Origin: Nitrospirota bacterium
GTDB taxonomy: Bacteria > Nitrospirota > JACRHJ01
NCBI GenBank assembly: GCA_963845245.1
Contig: CAWJRJ010000017.1
Span: 64,001-128,000, forward strand
Length of the DNA stretch: 64,000 nt
Direction of reading: 5' to 3'
Below are positions 1 to 8,954 of this stretch, piece after piece (position 1 is the stretch's first letter; every line of letters begins with the position of its first letter). The position numbers were made by a program, and so were the translations under genes. A model generated the notes under the pieces. It searched no databases, was not told the origin of the DNA, and saw only the letters and a program-made list of their open reading frames with translations.

Positions 1-162
1 GGATATTTCTTCTGCTTGGTGGTTATTTTGTTATCATCGCGAGATTTGTAAAAAAACTTCAGGTAGTAGAAACTAGACTGTCTTTTAAAGAGAAATATAT
101 TAAAATAGCAAACCGTGTCCCCCCAATTCTATTGTGGTCGTATCTTTTACTAAACCTGGCTT

Positions 163-683
163 ATGTATTTATTATATGGATCAAATTCTAGATGGGCTAA
201 ATTTTCGCCTGATACTGGGAGTGTTGAAGTTTTTATCAATTTATTGATAATTAGATTTAAAAGTCAAAGACCCGAAGAAGAATATGGGGGAAAAGGCCCA
301 GATGTTTTATGGTTAGTAGGAGATTTAAATTATTTTATCATTGAATGCAAGAACGGCTGTATTACAGAATTAATATCTAAGCATGATTGTGACCAATTAA
401 GTGGTTCAATAAATTGGTTTAAAAGCAAATATGATGACACGTGTTCTTTGTTCACATAATGGTACATCCATCAAATAAATTTGAAAGACATGCATCTCCT
501 CACGAAGATGTAAGAATTATTACAACAGAAAAATTAGATGATATTAAACAAAATATTAAAAATTTCGTTAAAGTTGCAAAAGACAAAGAAGAAATTGCAG
601 ATATTAAAAATTTGCTAGAGTATTATAATTTTACAAAAGATAAATTTATTAATAAATTCACTGTAAAATATATTGTCCAGTAG
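163..683 (+). CDS. 3' end of a DEAD/DEAH-type helicase with C-terminal PD-(D/E)xK-like nuclease domain (frameshifted or degenerate fragment)
   Basis: ORFs 163-459 and 441-683 join across a frameshift; motif QRPE..GPDVLW..FIIECKNG..ISKHDCDQL..WF; very AT-rich compared with the rest of the window. Confidence 0.5.
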
Positions 684-771
684 GGAAAGTTGCTGTCACA
701 TTAATGAGGCAGCATTAATAGGCGCCTGATAAATCAGGCAGCTACAAATTAAGAAAAAGAACCGAAGATAA

Positions 772-2136
772 ATGGCTAAAGAAAAAACATTTTTCGCCTG
801 CCAGTCATGCGGCGCGATATCCCCGAAATGGATGGGCAAATGCCCGGAATGCGGCGCGTGGGAGACGATGGTGGAGGAACGCGAAGCCCCGGAGCGCGGC
901 CTTGCATCGCAGTTCGTGGACAACACAAAGAGCCGCCCCACACCTATCGGCGACATAAAAAGCGAGGGCGAGCACCGGGCATCGGTGGGCATAGGCGAGC
1001 TTGACCGCGTGCTTGGCGGAGGGCTTGTGAAGGGCTCGGTGGTGCTGGTGGGCGGAGACCCAGGCATCGGCAAGTCCACCCTGATGCTGCAGGCGATGCA
1101 AGAACTTGCAGCTCGCGGCAGCCGCGTGCTGTACGTGTCCGGCGAGGAATCCGCCAGGCAGATAAAGCTTCGCGGCGAGAGGCTGGGCGCATCGTCCAGT
1201 AACCTCCTGGTGCTGGCGGAGAACTCGCTTGAGGACATCCTGCGCCATGCGACCGAGACCCAGGCCGACGCGGTGGTCGTGGATTCCATCCAGACGCTCT
1301 ACTCTCCGAACATAACATCCGCCCCAGGAAGCATATCCCAGGTGCGCGAGGGCGCGGGCCAACTGGTTGTATTCGCAAAGAAAACAGGTACTCCGGTGTT
1401 CATCGTGGGCCATGTGACCAAGGACGGCTCGATAGCCGGACCGAGGGTGCTCGAACATATGGTGGATACTGTGCTATACTTTGAGGGTGACCGCGGCCAC
1501 GCATTCAGGATTTTGCGCGCGGTCAAGAACCGCTACGGCTCCACGAACGAGATCGGCGTATTCGAGATGAAGGGCGCGGGCCTCAAGGAAGTAGCGAACC
1601 CTTCCGAGATTTTTCTTGCAGAAAGACTATTGGACGTGACCGGCTCGGTGGTGGTATCCACCGTCGAGGGTACGCGTCCCATCATGGCAGAGCTCCAGGC
1701 ACTTGTTACCCCGACCAGCTTTGGCAACCCGAGACGCACCGCGATAGGCGTCGATTACGGCCGTTTCACGCTGCTGCTTGCAGTGCTTGAGAAGCGTGTC
1801 GGACTGCACCTGATGGGCCAGGACGTTTACGTGAACGTGGTGGGCGGCCTGAAGGTGGACGAGCCGTCGGTTGACCTGGGCGTGATTGCGGCGGTGGCTT
1901 CGGCCTTCAAGGACATGCCGGTATCGTCGCGCACTGTGGTGATGGGCGAGGTGGGTCTGGGCGGAGAAGTCCGGGCGATCGCGCAGGCTGAGATGCGCGC
2001 GGGCGAGGCCGCGAAGCTTGGCTTCGACAGATGCATCATGCCGAAGTCGAACGTGAAGAAGATGCACAAGGTCAAGGGCATCGAGATAGTGGGTGTCGAA
2101 CAGGTGGACGAGGCGCTGGAGGCGTTGCTGGGTTAG
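772..2136 (+). CDS. radA: DNA repair protein RadA/Sms
   Basis: N-terminal C4 zinc finger (CQSCG..CPECG), Walker A GDPGIGKS, KNRYG motif, Lon-like C-terminus; 454 aa. Confidence 0.98.
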   Translation: MAKEKTFFACQSCGAISPKWMGKCPECGAWETMVEEREAPERGLASQFVDNTKSRPTPIGDIKSEGEHRASVGIGELDRVLGGGLVKGSVVLVGGDPGIGKSTLMLQAMQELAARGSRVLYVSGEESARQIKLRGERLGASSSNLLVLAENSLEDILRHATETQADAVVVDSIQTLYSPNITSAPGSISQVREGAGQLVVFAKKTGTPVFIVGHVTKDGSIAGPRVLEHMVDTVLYFEGDRGHAFRILRAVKNRYGSTNEIGVFEMKGAGLKEVANPSEIFLAERLLDVTGSVVVSTVEGTRPIMAELQALVTPTSFGNPRRTAIGVDYGRFTLLLAVLEKRVGLHLMGQDVYVNVVGGLKVDEPSVDLGVIAAVASAFKDMPVSSRTVVMGEVGLGGEVRAIAQAEMRAGEAAKLGFDRCIMPKSNVKKMHKVKGIEIVGVEQVDEALEALLG

Positions 2137-2142
2137 GAACCA

Positions 2143-2167
2143 AACGCCTCCATAACAAGGAGGCGTT
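2143..2167 (+). terminator. hairpin downstream of radA
   Basis: aacgcctcc-ataacaa-ggaggcgtt, 9-bp stem, weak U tract. Confidence 0.4.
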
Positions 2168-2255
2168 CCATGCCGCTAGACAACAAGACTCTCCTTTATT
2201 GCAAGCCCGATCTCGCAACTCCATTAATAATGACAACAGACAAGGCGGTGAAGCC

Positions 2256-2582
2256 ATGATGAAGGCTTCCGTCCTTTTGTTGCTTGCGATGCTGGGAGGC
2301 GCTTCAAGCTCCACGCATCTCATCAGGGTATCGGGTACCGTCGAGATGCTGCGGGCTGAGGCCGGTGCAAAACCTGGCTATGAGATAAGGCTGGACAGGC
2401 CGATGAACATATCAGGCAGGCAGGTGAAAAACATCGAGATATGCCGTGGGGGCCAGTGCCTGAAGCTTCTCCTGAACAAAAGAGTTACTGCCACTGGCAA
2501 GATAGAAGGCAAGGGCGGGAGCCAGAAAGATTCTCCCCGGTTGATACTGATTGCTGACCCGAGGGAACAGAAGGCGCGTTAG
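2256..2582 (+). CDS. small secreted hypothetical protein (possible OB-fold)
   Basis: ATG at 2256 within ORF 2031-2582; signal-peptide-like MMKASVLLLLAMLGGAS. Confidence 0.55.
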   Translation: MMKASVLLLLAMLGGASSSTHLIRVSGTVEMLRAEAGAKPGYEIRLDRPMNISGRQVKNIEICRGGQCLKLLLNKRVTATGKIEGKGGSQKDSPRLILIADPREQKAR

Positions 2583-4125
2583 TGCGCGCCGGGCGTACCC
2601 TTTCCGTGGCCCTTGTTCAGCAGGAAGAGCAGGGGCGCGACCACTATGAACGCGATGCACATTATGAAGAAGATGCGGTTGTACGCGAGCATTGCCGCCT
2701 GCCGCTGGACCTGGCCATACATGGCGGCAAGCGCCGACTTGTCAGCCGCTACTACACCCCTTTGTGCAAGTCCCTGCCTGATTCCTGAAAACCTCTGCTG
2801 AAAGACCGGGTTGTACGGGTTTATGTGTGAGACCAGCACCGTCTGGTAGAACTGCGAATACCTGGCGATCATAGTGGTGGCAAAGCCGATGCCTACGCTG
2901 CCGCCGATGTTCCTGAGCAGGTTGAAAAACCCGGTCGCGTTGCCCATCTGCTCGCGCGAGATCGTGGAGAATGTAAGCGTGGTGAGCGGCACGAACACCA
3001 TCGCCAGCCCGAACCCGAGGAGCACCCGCGGCATCATGAAATCCCAGTATGAGGCTTCCAGGGTGAACCTGCTCATCATGAAAAGCGATACCGAGCCGAC
3101 TGCAAGACCGGTGAATATTATTCTCCTGCCGTCGAATTTCTTGAGCGCTATCCCGACAAACGGCATGGTAATAAGCGTGGCAACACCTCCGGGCGCGAGC
3201 ACCATACCGGCGAGCGTCGCGTCGTAGCCCATCAGCGTCTGGAGCAGCAGGGCTATCATCACCAGGGTGCTGTAGAGGCAGAAACCGAAGGTGAACATCA
3301 GGAGGTTGCCCGACGTGAAGGATTTGTCCTTGAAGAGCCTCAGGTTGACGATCGGGTGCTTGCTCTTGAGTTCGAAGTAGACCAGCAGTAGCGAGGCTGA
3401 TGAGCGCTATAAGCGCGAAAGCGATGATGAACGACGAGCTGAACCAGTCCTCGCGCTCGCCCTTGTCCAGGACAATCTGGAGCGCGCCAAGCCCAACCAC
3501 AAGCAACCCCAGGCCGAGGTAGTCGATCTTTACGTTCGCCTTCTTTATGTAATGCGGGTCGAATATGAAGTACTTCGCCATGGTGACGGCGATGACGCCG
3601 GCCGGGATGTTTATGTAGAATATCCAGCGCCAGCTTATGTTGTCCGTTATCCAGCCGCCCATCGCCGGGCCGATGATGGGGCCGAACATCGCGCCCACGC
3701 CGAATATGGCCATGGCGAGTCCGCGCTCCTTTATGGGGAATGTCTCAAACAGTATCGCCTGGCTCATCGGCTGGAGCGCGCCGCCGGCCGCGCCCTGTAA
3801 TATCCTGAAGAATATCAGCATGCCGAGGTTCGGCGCGGAGCCGCACAGGAACGAGGCTATGGTGAAAATGCGTGATGCAGGAGATGAGGAAGCGTTTCCT
3901 GCCGAAGAAGCCGCCCAGCCAGCCGGTCATGGGCAGCACTACGGCGTTGCTGACGAGGTAGGAGGTGAGCACCCATGTTATCTCGTCCGCGCCCGCGTTG
4001 AAGCTTCCCTGTATATGCGGGAGCGCCACGTTCGCGACGGAGGTGTCTATGATCTCCATCACGGTGGGGAGCATGACCGCTATGGTTATCAGCCACTTGT
4101 TGATCGGCTTGCGGGTGTCTTCCAT
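2579..4125 (-). CDS. emrB: DHA2-family MFS efflux permease (EmrB/QacA), two frameshifts
   Basis: Pieces 3745-4125, 2742-3821 and 2579-3298 carry consecutive EmrB motifs (DTSVANVALP, WVLTSYL, GPIIGP, WRWIFYINIP, NLLRNIGGSVG); shifts near 3870 and 3390. Confidence 0.9.
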
Positions 4126-4126
4126 A

Positions 4127-5245
4127 TCAGTTGAACGGGTTCAGACTCGTGAGGACGTCCTTGAACGTTTGCCCGGTGTGTATCGTCGGTACGACGCTCA
4201 TGCCCACACGGAGCAGATGGCGCGGGTCGCTCGACTGGTCTATTACTATCTTTACCGGGATCCTCTGCACCACCTTCACGTAGTTGCCGGTCGCGTTCTC
4301 GGGCGGGAGAAGCGAGAATGCCGCGCCGGTGCCTGCCATTATGCTGTCCACCTTGCCGCGGAAGACACGGCCGGGGAATGCGTCCACGGTGAACTCCACC
4401 TTCTCGCCCGGTCGCACATGGGTAAGCTGGCTCTCCTTGTAGTTTGCCGTCACCCATATATCGCCCAGGCTGACGAGGGCCATGAGGGGCTGGCCGGGGG
4501 AGAGGTTGTTGCCGGGCTCTACAGATTTTCGTGTGATGTAACCGTCTGCCGGGGCGCGCACCTCGGTGTATGAGAGGTTCAGCTTCGCCTGATCGAGCTC
4601 GGCCTTCTTCTGGGCGACCGTCGCATCCTCGCCGCCTTTCACCATGAGTCCGATGTCCGCCTTGGCCTTGCGCACGTTCTCCTGCGCATCTCTGAGCTGC
4701 GCCTTAGCTACGTTGCGGTTGGTGGTCAGAGTGTCGAGGTCCTGTTTGGATATTATGCCGCGCTTGAAAAGCGCCGCGCCCCGCTCAAGGTTGTTCTCGG
4801 CAAGCTCGAGCTGGGATTTTACCAGCGTGACCTGGGCGTTCGCGGAGTCAAGCTTTGCATAGTTGCTCGCAATGTCGTTCTCGGCCTGCTTGACTGCGGC
4901 GGCGGAGTTCTGGACCTGGGTCTTGAAGTCGGACTGGTCGAGCGATATCAGCAGTTCGCCCTTGCGCACATACTGGTTGTCATTCACGTATACCGCGCTC
5001 ACATGCCCCGCTTCCCTGGCGGATATCTGGAAGACGTGGCCGTCGATGAAGGCGTCGTCGGTGGATATGTCTATCTTGGCCATTATCCACCAGCTCGTCC
5101 CGAGCACAAGCCCAGACACTATCAGCAGGAATATGATTATCGCGGCCCTCTTCTTGCCGCCGCCCGGTGCGCCGCTCACTGCATCGATCAACTTGGTCGG
5201 TTCAGGCGTTGCCTCGGGTTTGTTCTCTAACGGTTCCTCTGCCAT
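4127..5245 (-). CDS. emrA: HlyD/EmrA-family membrane fusion protein
   Basis: STDDAFIDG, WVTANYKESQL, FSLLPPENATGNYVKVVQRIPV motifs; adjacent to emrB. Confidence 0.93.
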   Translation of the reverse strand: MAEEPLENKPEATPEPTKLIDAVSGAPGGGKKRAAIIIFLLIVSGLVLGTSWWIMAKIDISTDDAFIDGHVFQISAREAGHVSAVYVNDNQYVRKGELLISLDQSDFKTQVQNSAAAVKQAENDIASNYAKLDSANAQVTLVKSQLELAENNLERGAALFKRGIISKQDLDTLTTNRNVAKAQLRDAQENVRKAKADIGLMVKGGEDATVAQKKAELDQAKLNLSYTEVRAPADGYITRKSVEPGNNLSPGQPLMALVSLGDIWVTANYKESQLTHVRPGEKVEFTVDAFPGRVFRGKVDSIMAGTGAAFSLLPPENATGNYVKVVQRIPVKIVIDQSSDPRHLLRVGMSVVPTIHTGQTFKDVLTSLNPFN

Positions 5246-5257
5246 GACGTATTCCTC

Positions 5258-5671
5258 TTATTTGCGTAATTTATTCAAAAGTCCCCTGAGTGTATCGACC
5301 TCTTTGGCCGTCAGGCGCGTTGTAAATTCCTTGGTGACGTTTGACGCTATGGCGCACAACGGCTCCTTGAGCGATTTCCCCTTGTCGGTGAGGCAGACCC
5401 GGTACGCCCTCCTGTCCCCATCATGGGCGTGCCTCTTTACGAGGCCCTCGTCCTCCAGCCTGTCCACCATCCCCACCATCGTCGCGCGGTCAACCTGCGA
5501 GCGTTCGCAAATCTCGGTCTGCGACAGCCCGTCCTCCTGCCACAGGAAGGCGAGGATGCTGAACTGCGGGGGCGTGATGTTATAAGGCAGGAGTTGTTCC
5601 CGGAACAGGGAGAAGCCCTTCTTGTATGCCTTCGATAGGAGAAACCCTACGTTTTGCTCGATGTCGTACAC
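5258..5671 (-). CDS. MarR-family transcriptional regulator
   Basis: ITPPQFSIL, VDRLEDEGLV..DRR..LTDKG winged helix; heads the emrAB operon. Confidence 0.93.
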   Translation of the reverse strand: MYDIEQNVGFLLSKAYKKGFSLFREQLLPYNITPPQFSILAFLWQEDGLSQTEICERSQVDRATMVGMVDRLEDEGLVKRHAHDGDRRAYRVCLTDKGKSLKEPLCAIASNVTKEFTTRLTAKEVDTLRGLLNKLRK

Positions 5672-5732
5672 TTCCGTAATCCTCGCTTATTTTAATTATT
5701 ATACCAATAGTTCGTATACAAATCAATACGGT

Positions 5733-5768
5733 AAAAAGAAGCGGGCAAGGTTGCCCGCAGCTTGTTTT
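5733..5768. terminator. probable intrinsic terminator after RACo gene
   Basis: gcgggcaa-gg-ttgcccgc flanked by A and T runs. Confidence 0.55.
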
Positions 5769-7693
5769 TATTCCCCTTTTTCCGCTGCTTTACGCATGCG
5801 CTCCACGGTCGGGAACTCGTCCGCGTTGGTGTGCGGCAGGAACAGGGCCGAGACGTACTCGTCCATGAACGAGCGCGAGACCGACAGCTCCATGTAGGTC
5901 ATCCTGTGGGCGATGTCCTCCACGTCCTTGCGCAGGTTCTTGGACAGCAGCGCCATGTATGCGCCCATGATGGACGTGTTGCCCAGGAACTCGAATTTTT
6001 CTACGGGTAAATCAGGCAGAAGACCGATAGTTATCGCCCGTTCGACGTCCAGGTAGTTTCCAAAACCGCCCGCAATATATACCTTTTCCACGTCCTTGAA
6101 GTCGAAATTGACCTCTTTCAATAGTGTGGAGAACCCGGCGTATATCGCGCCCTTGGTGCGGACGATGTTGTCTATGTCAGGCTCGGTGAGGGCGATGTCC
6201 TTCTCGGTGCCCGTCTCCGCCGCCCATGCCAGGACGTACTCGGGCCCGGTGTCTCCCACGCGTACGCGGTTGGTCTTAGCGTCCAGGTTTATCTTGCCCT
6301 TCTGGTCGATTATGCCCGTCAGGAACATCTCGGCGATGGCGTCTATCATGCCCGAGCCGCATATGCCGATAGGGGCCGTGTAGCCAATAACCGCAAGCTT
6401 CGCCTCCAACGTCTTGGGGTCTATCTCCACCTTCTCGATTGCCCCGTCCATCGCGCGCATGCCGTACTTTACGCCGCCGCCCTCGAACGCCGGCCCTGCG
6501 GAACATGCCGCCGTGACCATCCAGTCTGAGTTGCCGACGACTATCTCGCCGTTCGTGCCGATGTCAATGAAAAGGCTGAGGTCGTGTTTTTTATATAGCC
6601 GTGATGCGAGGATGCCTGAGGTGATGTCTCCGCCGACATATGACGCGACGCATGGCATGGCGTATATGACGCCGAAGTCGTTTATCTTCAGGCCCAGCGC
6701 GTGCGTGCGCATCAGCGGGAAGAAGGTCGCAGTGGGGATGTACGGCTCCTCGCGGATGTATGCCGGGTCGATGCCGTAGAACAGGTGCGTCATCGTGGTG
6801 TTGCCGGATATCACTATGTTATCAATCTTCTCCGGGTCGATGCCTGTCTTGTTTGATATCTTCTCAAGCAGGTCGTTCACCGCCTCCACCACCAGCTTCT
6901 GGAGTTCCTGGAGCCCACCGCCCTCGGATGCATATACGATGCGCGATATGATGTCCTCGCCGCAGCGCACCTGCGGGTTGTATGTCGATGCGACGTCAAT
7001 TACTTTGCCGTCGAACATGTCTATAAGGTAGACGACGATGGATGTAGTGCCCACGTCCACAGCCGCGCCGTAACGTGGCTTGGTTGCATCGCCGGGCTGG
7101 ACGTCCATGATCTCCACGACGTTGCCCACCATCAGGAGCGTGACGGTTACGTTCCAGTTCGCCGCCCGCATGACATGGCCGGTCTTCTGGATTATCGGCA
7201 GGTTTATGTGTATGTCGGCGATCTCGTAGCCGCGCTTGCTCAGCTCGCGTTTCAGGCGTTCCACGTCCGATATGTTGTCGTCCAGGTTGGGCGGGGGCAG
7301 TTTCAGGTATATCTTGCGGGTGATGGATTTGAAATCGCCCTTGCAGGTATGCTCCATCATCTTGTGTAGCTCGTGGATCTTTGAGCCGGTTGCGATCTTG
7401 CTGCCCCTGCGCATCTGGGACCCCAGCGGTATCTCGATGGTCATGTCTGACTTCGGCGCCGTCATGCAGGCGAGCCTGATGCCCGCATCGAAGTCCTTCG
7501 CGCTAAGCATGCCGGTCTCTTTTGACTCGACAATGCCGTCTTTGACGATGACCCGGCATTTGCCGCAGTTGCCCTTGCCGCCGCATGTGGCGTTTATATG
7601 TATGCCTGCGGCCCCGGCCGCCTTCAGTATGGTCTGGCCGTCTTTGGCCTCTACGGTCTTCTTGTTCGGTAAGAAAGTGAGCTTGTGGGACAT
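5768..7693 (-). CDS. ASKHA-family reductive activator of corrinoid proteins (RACo/AcsV type) with N-terminal 2Fe-2S domain
   Basis: CGGKGNCGKC..RLAC ferredoxin; DVGTT, DIGTNGEI, CSAGPAFEG, GICGSG, AGGFG motifs; 641 aa. Confidence 0.9.
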   Translation of the reverse strand: MSHKLTFLPNKKTVEAKDGQTILKAAGAAGIHINATCGGKGNCGKCRVIVKDGIVESKETGMLSAKDFDAGIRLACMTAPKSDMTIEIPLGSQMRRGSKIATGSKIHELHKMMEHTCKGDFKSITRKIYLKLPPPNLDDNISDVERLKRELSKRGYEIADIHINLPIIQKTGHVMRAANWNVTVTLLMVGNVVEIMDVQPGDATKPRYGAAVDVGTTSIVVYLIDMFDGKVIDVASTYNPQVRCGEDIISRIVYASEGGGLQELQKLVVEAVNDLLEKISNKTGIDPEKIDNIVISGNTTMTHLFYGIDPAYIREEPYIPTATFFPLMRTHALGLKINDFGVIYAMPCVASYVGGDITSGILASRLYKKHDLSLFIDIGTNGEIVVGNSDWMVTAACSAGPAFEGGGVKYGMRAMDGAIEKVEIDPKTLEAKLAVIGYTAPIGICGSGMIDAIAEMFLTGIIDQKGKINLDAKTNRVRVGDTGPEYVLAWAAETGTEKDIALTEPDIDNIVRTKGAIYAGFSTLLKEVNFDFKDVEKVYIAGGFGNYLDVERAITIGLLPDLPVEKFEFLGNTSIMGAYMALLSKNLRKDVEDIAHRMTYMELSVSRSFMDEYVSALFLPHTNADEFPTVERMRKAAEKGE

Positions 7694-7795
7694 TTTTCCT
7701 CTTTGTTGTGGCTAGTACTGGATTAAGAAGGTAAATGTTAACATTCTCTATAAGTTGCGTCAAGGGTTATGAAGGGGAGTCGCACAAATAAAAAT

Positions 7796-7811
7796 TGTTC
7801 CACGTGGAACA
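7796..7811. promoter_or_regulatory. parS centromere-like site (ParB binding)
   Basis: perfect 16-bp palindrome TGTTCCACGTGGAACA matching the parS consensus, intergenic. Confidence 0.9.
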
Positions 7812-8142
7812 TTTGTAATTCTTTTTGTTTATAGTGTCTTGCCGTGAACTCAGTTATTCCTGCCATTAAGCCCTGGCCACATAACTCGCTGATTCAAAAA
7901 GATATTTAACCCCAAAGGTCATGTTCAAATTCGTGTATTTTCCGGCCATTTCCCGCAAAATTCCCGCAAAAAAGCCCCGCTTTTTTTGCAGAAAGCCGAC
8001 CGATTATTCAGAATTTTACAGACATTGGAGAGTGCCACGTCTACGGGATGTGTCTCTGCAAGAAAAAACTTGCATATTAAAAAAAAACTATGTATTTTGC
8101 ATAATTCATTTGACGTTTTAACACTACTGAAGGAGACGATCT

Positions 8143-8673
8143 ATGAGACGAATTGGCAAGATGGTTGGAGGCATTCTGTTTTTGGCGGCGTTACTTATTC
8201 CTGCTAGCGTATTTGCCGGATCTAAGGTGCAAAATATAAATGTCGTAAACACGGCTCCGATACCTGTTGCAGGAAATTTGACTATTGTAAACGACACGCC
8301 AATCTCAGTTTCCGGAATTGTTGGTTATTATCCAGTCGAACCGCCATCTGGCAGTACCTGTGGTATTCAAAAGCCTTTAGTCTCCGTAGTATTGGGCCCC
8401 GCCAGCCCGGCTGCTGTGGGGACCCCAGTTATTCTCTCTGTTAGTGCGAGCGACCCCGACAATGGACCTCCATGCAACCTTGACCAAGTTGTAACAGTCC
8501 GCTCTGAGATCATAAACATGCCACCGATGGCCACTGCGACCCTCACCCCAGCAGTTGGATTTACACCAACCTTTGTTCCGAATGTTGCCGGTTCATACAC
8601 TATCTTAGTACGTGCTACTGATGACACGGGTCGGAGTTCATCGGCACAAATAACTATACCTGTAGCTCCTTAA
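8143..8673 (+). CDS. secreted protein with PKD/Ig-like domain
   Basis: signal peptide; SVSASDPD..PTFVPNVAGSYTILVRATDDTG; RBS aaggag; lower GC. Confidence 0.7.
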   Translation: MRRIGKMVGGILFLAALLIPASVFAGSKVQNINVVNTAPIPVAGNLTIVNDTPISVSGIVGYYPVEPPSGSTCGIQKPLVSVVLGPASPAAVGTPVILSVSASDPDNGPPCNLDQVVTVRSEIINMPPMATATLTPAVGFTPTFVPNVAGSYTILVRATDDTGRSSSAQITIPVAP

Positions 8674-8814
8674 TAATCTTAAAAACATTGGAATAAAGCA
8701 GTAGGCACTTTATAGATTTTGGGTTACGGCTAGAACAGCACATCACTGTTCTAGTTGTAACCCTTACCTGGTCAAAAAAGCCCTTTTTAGCCCATATCAA
8801 AAATAGGGACACAT

Positions 8815-8906
8815 CCCGTAATCCTCCCCTATACCCCTCGCCCTGCAATGGGAGAGGGTGGCGCGAAGCGACGGGTGAGGGCTGCTAAGGGGGACGGAGG
8901 GGGTTA
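8815..8906. repeat. REP-like intergenic palindromic element, copy 1
   Basis: ccctcgccctgcaatgggagagggtggcgcgaagcgacgggtgaggg nested within cctcccct..aagggggacggaggggg. Confidence 0.6.
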
Positions 8907-8954
8907 TGAAAACACGGAGGCCCTCATGCTCAACCTGACCGAAAGCTGTCCCTG

